A stretch of 64,000 nt of DNA, from positions 22,630,001-22,694,000 of the forward strand of contig OX597838.1 in the NCBI GenBank assembly GCA_951406725.2, in the 5' to 3' direction. This DNA is from Octopus vulgaris (lineage: Eukaryota). Positions 57,315-64,000 of this stretch are shown here, piece by piece. The notes below the pieces were generated by a model. It was not told the origin of the DNA, ran no database searches, and saw nothing but the letters and a program-made list of their open reading frames with translations. A program made the position numbers and the translations under genes. Numbering within the stretch: the first letter of the stretch is position 1; each line of letters opens with the position of its first letter.

Positions 57315-57537
57315 TACGAAGGGATACTGAAAAATTCTTGGCTTTAAGGGTGTCGCGAAAAGCTTCGTTACAAGCTCAAACTTCCGAGTTCTTTTGCAAG
57401 GCTTTGAAAAACTAAAGGATCGTTGCAATAAGTCTGTGAATCTGAGAAGGGGATATGTTGAACAAAATCATAATTAACTGATCCTCCTGTATTTTCTTTT
57501 GCTCAAAGCCAGGAACTTGTCAACACCACCTCATGTA
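57315..57537 (+). mobile_element. Mariner-derived MITE
   Basis: TACGAAGGGATACTGAAAAATTCTTGGCTTT...AAAGCCAGGAACTTGTCAACACCACCTC; internal RCNKSVNLRRGYVEQ resembles a mariner C-terminus. Confidence 0.75.
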
Positions 57538-57584
57538 TGTGTGTGTGTGGGCGCGCGTGTATTTATAAATATATATATATATAT

Positions 57585-57800
57585 ATCTTATATAAAATCC
57601 GTTCTGTCTATCTGTGTGTGTGTGTGGATTCTAGGGATCTCGGGCATCCTCCATCCGATTGCGCTCAAATTTGATATGTAGATACCGACGGTATCAGGTC
57701 ATGAAAATCTTACAAAAATCGATTCCAGGTGGGAATGCGATCGATAAAGCCGTGGGAAATTGTTTTTCTTTGAAATGGAAAAAACAGTCTATCTTTATTT
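57585..57800 (+). mobile_element. Possible non-autonomous Helitron-like 5' fragment
   Basis: TCTTATATAAAATCCG..TCTGTCTATCTGTG..CCATCCGATTGCGCTCAAATTTG layout. Confidence 0.35.
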
Positions 57801-57947
57801 CTTCTTTTGCTAGTGTCTCTAATTTAGGTTAAATCAGCGTTTCTCAAAGGGGAGGCCTATGGGACAGTCGGACAAGTTGTTTTGAGAAAATTTGGTTTAA
57901 ATGTTTGACAACTCAGCACCGTCCATTGGACGGGGGGCGTTTTTGCT

Positions 57948-58020
<73 letters not shown>

Positions 58021-58206
58021 GAAACCACCATGTGGACACCCATGAGCTAGAAATAGATTCGCTACGGTCTCACCACCAAGAAATGTTCTCAAGAAAAATT
58101 TAGCAAAACAACCAAAATGATTTCCACTGGTGTGAAACCGATGTTAATTAAATTAATATCTAATTTCTCACCCTTATTTTAAAATTAAAATTATATATAC
58201 ATATAC

Positions 58207-58356
<150 letters not shown>

Positions 58357-58918
58357 CATATACAAACACCCTTTTGACTGCGAATGCCAATACGGTAGAA
58401 ATAAAATTTAATGTATTTATTCTATATTATGGCCCGTTACCATGGCCCGTAACTAGTTCACGGTTCGTTGGTTGGGGAGACCCCTGTTCTAAACGATGCA
58501 AACGACACAGAAGCAGAAATATTTCAAAATACCACAATAAGCTCAACGCTCAGGATTACAGTTAAAACGACAAAAACTAATAGGTTACTTACGAAACCAA
58601 ACTGAAAATGACGAAAACAATATAAAAACGACTGCGTGAATGTGGTTGTTTGCTTGTCCGCCTAACCTTTTCGTGAGGTCGCCATTAGTGATTGTCTGCG
58701 TGGCATTGAAAAAAAAATCATTCGCAAACATTACACGGCCATTAAAGTGTAGCCTTTGGAGACAATAATAACGTTGTGTTCCTTGGAACAATAGGTCTCC
58801 TGACCAAAATTACAATATCTCTTACAGCAGACGGTTCCGCATCACCAGTCTTGCGAAACGAATGCACAAAGAGTGTGTGTGTCGTGTGTGTGTGTGTGTG
58901 TGTGTGTGCTTGTATATA

Positions 58919-58974
<56 letters not shown>

Positions 58975-59002
58975 TACATACATATATATATATATATATT
59001 AA

Positions 59003-59056
<54 letters not shown>

Positions 59057-59168
59057 TAAATATATATATACGTACATAAACACACACGCACATATATATA
59101 TATTATATATATATATATAATACATATATTATATATACATATAATACATATATATATGTATAAAAATA

Positions 59169-59213
<45 letters not shown>

Positions 59214-60196
59214 CATATATATATGCACACATACACACATACATGTATATATAAAGCTTGCATATATATACGTATATATATATATATATATATATATACA
59301 TACACACGTGTACGTGTTGTGTACATATGCTTGTATTTATTTGTGTATATGTGACTGTGTGGTGTATGTATGCATGTATGTATGTATGCATGTGTGTATG
59401 TGTGTGCATAACATTATGTGCGTGTGTATGTGTGTGTGCGTGTGTGCATGTGTCCGTGTGTAGGAGATTATGCGCATACAAATGGGTGCATTTAAAACGT
59501 AATAATACACGTTTGCAATCAGAGCGATGCATTAACAGACTTCGCGGAGCCATGGATAAAATGGTTTGTGATATTTAGTCGCAGTGGTTTTCCGCTCTGA
59601 GTTCAAATCCCTCTTGGTTTGTGCTACTACGATGTTGTTTTTTTTTCTTTCTACTCTAGGAACAAGGCCTGAAATTTTGTTCGAAATGTTGACCTCAACG
59701 GAATTTGAACTCCGAACGTAATACTCGAAAATGTTCAGGGAAGCTTGAGATATTTTTTTGGTTCGGCGTGTTAGCGATTCTGCCAGCTGGCCGACTTTAT
59801 ACTTCTAGAATAAACGAAGAATTTTACTCTGCGTAATAAGGAATACATATACATACGTGCACACGCACACACATATACACACACACAGCCCCCCCACACA
59901 CACACACATACACACGCCCATACACACAAACAGACGAGGTGTCTCAGTTTCTCTCACACATACGCATACACACATACACATACGAGGATTCTCTCTGTTT
60001 CACACACGCGCACGTACACACACACACACGTACACACACACACACGTACACACACACACATACGTGGAGTCTCTATCTCATACACATATACACACATCGG
60101 AGGAGTCTTCCTCCCCCCTCTCTCCCACACACAATATATGAGGAGTCTCTCTCTCTCTCACTCTCTTACACACGAACACTCACACACACACACACG

Positions 60197-60237
<41 letters not shown>

Positions 60238-60327
60238 GCACGTTCAGAGATGGAAAGCGCAGTCTCCCATTTCAAGGATGAGGAAGAAACAGAAATTAAA
60301 GTAGATAACATAAGAAACTGCGTCGGA

Positions 60328-60470
60328 CAATGGCGTAGCTACGGTGTTCCACCCCGCCCATCCTCCTCCCCTTTTACTGGCTTTATGCCGCAGGCCCAAA
60401 AGTGCCGCTCCATGAAAGCGCCGCGCGGGGCGCGGACTTCCCCATCGCTCCCCTTCAGCTATACTACTAG
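60328..60470. mobile_element. Degenerate GC-rich hAT-type MITE
   Basis: CAATGGCGTAGCT...AGCTATACTACT imperfect TIRs. Confidence 0.5.
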
Positions 60471-60511
60471 TGTCAAAGCGTTACAACGTTGGGTCACTAT
60501 TTAAAGAAAAT

Positions 60512-60728
60512 GGGTTTCAACTTTGGGCACAAGGCCAGCAACGTTGGGGTGGAGGGCTAAGTTGATTACATTGACCCACAGTATTCAACTGGTACTTAGT
60601 TTATCGATCTCGAAAGGATGAAAGGCAAAGTCGACCTTGCCGGAATTTGAACACAGAACATGAAGATGGGCGAAATGCCGCTAAGCATTTTACCCGGCTT
60701 GGTAATGACTTTGCCAGCTCGCTGCCCT
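60512..60728 (-). mobile_element. SINE family B
   Basis: AAAGGATGAAAGGCAAAGTCGAC..GGAATTTGAA..TGCCAGCTCGC; a diverged copy also lies at 59680-59796. Confidence 0.8.
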
Positions 60729-60827
60729 TCTTAAAACCGAAAGAAATGCCACGGAGCACTTTGTCCGGCGAGCTAACGATTCTGTCAACTGTTTAAAGAA
60801 TATCACTCACTGTAAACTCCGAAATTG

Positions 60828-61005
60828 GCGCAGAAGTGGCTGTGTGGTAAGTAGCTTGCTTACCAACCACATGGTCCGAGGTTCAGTTCCACTGCGTGGC
60901 ACCGAGGCTATAGTAAAAGACACTTGCCCAAGGTGCCACGCAGTGGAACTGAACCCGGAACCATGTGCTTGAAAAGCAAGCTTCTTACCTCACAGCCATG
61001 CCTGC
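60828..61005. mobile_element. Two SINE family A heads fused in inverted orientation
   Basis: Plus head 60828-60903 followed directly by a minus head 60903-61005. Confidence 0.8.
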
Positions 61006-61297
61006 ATACACATTGACACGCGATTTATATTTCAACTAACATTGATATTCTTTCTCGAAATTCCAAACCATAAATAACTGGTTCAACGGAAGGAATGCTT
61101 CAAGATGTTTGCTCGAAAGTACTTTTGAACGAGATCGAACGTGAAACCAGGTGGTATCGAAGAGAATTTCTATGCCACATAGCGATGCCTGCGACATAAT
61201 CTAATCGTGATCAATACAGAACCAAAACACGACTATTTATAGAAATTAAGTTACCTGAACATGTCTGCGAGTGTGACTATTTTTAGATCTTAGTAAA

Positions 61298-61435
<138 letters not shown>

Positions 61436-61632
61436 CCCATTTCACTCTCTCACTGTCTTTGTTTCTCTCTCTCTCTCTTTCTGAATTTATATGTAAACGC
61501 GCGCGTGTGCGTGTGCGTGTATGCATATATCTATGTATATATACATATATATGTCTATATATATATATGTATATATGAATATATATCTATATACATACAT
61601 GTATAAGTATGTATATAGAATATAGAATACAT

Positions 61633-61752
61633 GCGCAGGAGTGGTTGTGTGGTATTTAGCTTGCTTACAAACCACATGGTTCCGGGTTCAATCCCACAGC
61701 GTGGTACCTTGGGCAAATGTCCTCTACTATAGCCTTGTGCTGTCCAAAGCCT
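61633..61752 (+). mobile_element. SINE family A head
   Basis: GCGCAGGAGTGGTTGTGTGGTA..GGTTCAATCCC..CCTTGGGCAA. Confidence 0.8.
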
Positions 61753-61819
61753 ATGTTTGAAAGGAGTCAACAGTAAAAGCCAAGAATGTCTATTTTATGA
61801 GACGTATTCGGACACACAC

Positions 61820-61858
61820 TGGCCGCCATGTTTCAACTAGCGTCTCGTCAGAGAAACT
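61820..61858 (-). ncRNA. Decayed minimal hammerhead motif
   Basis: CUGACGA-GAC(GCUA)GUU-GAAA-CAUG-GC: both core boxes present, U16.1 changed to G, stem I weak. Confidence 0.5.
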
Positions 61859-62096
61859 GAAATTACGAATTTAATGAGCTTCTGATTTATAATTTATTAG
61901 AAATATAACCGTTATGGAGCAAAGAGAGATTATATCTGAAGTGTATAATAGACAGGGGAGAAAGAAGAGGGGGGACAGGATAGAGAATGGTCGTAGGGAG
62001 AATATAAAACGGAGAAAGTAGACAAAATGAAGGATAATAAAAGAGAAAGATATGTGTGTATGTGTGTAAAGATATGTGTGTGCGTGTGTTCATATC

Positions 62097-62169
<73 letters not shown>

Positions 62170-62374
62170 GTATGTATACAATATATAGTATATATAAATA
62201 TATATATCCACATGAATGTATAACTATGGTAATATGTGCATACGTATGTATTAATGCACATACCCGTACTATATATGCATATATATTTATACATTCGCAT
62301 GTATCTGTGTTTATGAGCATGTGTATACGTACAAATAAATATGTAGGCACAAACGCATGCATAGATAAGGCTGA

Positions 62375-62695
<321 letters not shown>

Positions 62696-64000
62696 AGTGG
62701 CTAATTAGCTTTATAATTCAATTTAAACTGGTGTAACATCCAGCCTAGATTTCTGTTATGCCTCAGTAACTAATATTTTCTGCTTACTTTCGCTTTTATT
62801 TGTTTATATATGATTGTGTGCACACGTGCACATGTGTTAGTACGCCTGCGCAACTCTGAGTGTGTGTGTATGTGCATGTGTGTGCATGCGTGTGTTTTGG
62901 AACGTTTAAGCAGTCACGTGTATATATGTGCATGTGAGTATCTGTCTGACATACAAAAATACATACATACAAAAATACATACATACATTCATACATACAT
63001 ACTTACATAGCAATAGGTATGTACGATCTAGGGATCCATGTCTGGGAAGTTAGTAACCTTGAAGCATTAAGGGGCTAGTATAGATGAATAAAAGTAGACA
63101 ATCTATAATAATTCTTCTTTTCAGTGCGTTATTAGCCCGTCGGTAACGCTTTCACATGATTAGAGAAAAAGAGGGAGAAAGAAAAGAGGGAAAGAGAAAA
63201 AGAGAATAAATACAGCGTGAGGCACAAAGAAGGAGAAAGAAATAGAGGGTGAGAGAAAAGATGGAGAGAGAAGCGTCCATGACATATGGTAGAGGGAAGG
63301 TAATATTTATTAATTGGCTAAAAAAGTTAGTTGAAGGTAGTGATGTAGAGGAGAGTTGGGAATATAATTTTAGCAGAGGGATGATGTTCTGATGGTGAGA
63401 CTAAAAAAGGCGGAGAGAGAGAGGGAGACAGAGAGCTGGTTGTGGTGGTGGTAGAGGTAGTGATTGCATAGTAAAAAGTAATTTCTTATCACCTTACACG
63501 AAGAACATAGTCCGCAAAGAAGTATTAGATTGAAAGGTGTACACAAATTGAAATGTCTATTGGCTCTGACCTATCGCCTTGGCTTATAAGTTACCAACGA
63601 TGTGGTTTTCAGAGTATGCCACGTTGCATTTAATTTTTACTCCCGTGAAATTGTAACACTTATATTTTACATATAAAATTATCACTTTTTTACTATAAAA
63701 TTTTTGTTTTCTAGAAATGAAATTGTGACCATGTAGACTTTAAAATGTAATTTTTTCCGTTTGTGAGAAAAATGGAAAAACAACTGAATATTTATTTTAT
63801 GAAGGCTGTGTATTAAGTCTATAAAATTGTGCGTAAAGTATATAAAGTGCATTAAGTAATCATCGTATTCCAATTCCTTTCACTTTTCAATGAAAAGCTG
63901 ATGAGTGACTGTCTTTTGATATGGACACAACACAGGCTACGCTTTCAGGTTTTTTTGGATAAAGTTTTCGGGAATAACCCAATAGGTCTACCATTAATTC

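Noticed and set aside
58585-58860. Possible minus-strand host exon(s) with a GTAAGT donor (similar donors near 49790-49840)
   Set aside because: The translations are unrecognisable and splice motifs alone are insufficient; RNA-seq would be needed.
61081-61128. HHR-like GUUCAA..GAAA-GUAC-UU-UUGAAC
   Set aside because: The core CGGAAGG has two mismatches, there is no stem II, and the stretch aligns to a diverged minus-strand SINE A head.
63895-63940. CTGATGAG motif
   Set aside because: No downstream GAAA or closing stems.

Overview
Repeat-saturated eukaryotic (animal) intronic or intergenic DNA with no recognisable host protein-coding exon. The extreme density of (TA)n/(CA)n/(GATA)n/(TATG)n/(ACC)n microsatellites and the tRNA-derived SINE families suggest a coleoid cephalopod, probably Octopus (inference, not verified). 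Nearly all long ORFs in the track are microsatellite artefacts. The real coding remnants come from transposons: RTE/BovB-like and RTE zinc-finger LINE tails, R4/Dong-like restriction-endonuclease LINE fragments in (TAA)n, a Tx1/L1-like tail beside (GATA)n, a disrupted mariner transposase, and hAT and Tc1/mariner MITEs. The main hidden signal is at least 14 type I hammerhead ribozyme (HHR) motifs, about 9 near-intact and the rest decayed or truncated, in short non-coding elements of several families mostly embedded in (TA)n tracts. They have palindromic stem III sequences, as in the minimal HHRs of Penelope-like elements and retrozymes. The catalytic 3-8 base pair occurs in three Watson-Crick states (C-G, U-A, G-C), and one locus has two HHRs in tandem about 304 nt apart, resembling a retrozyme. 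All folds were paired by eye; no activity or database search was run.
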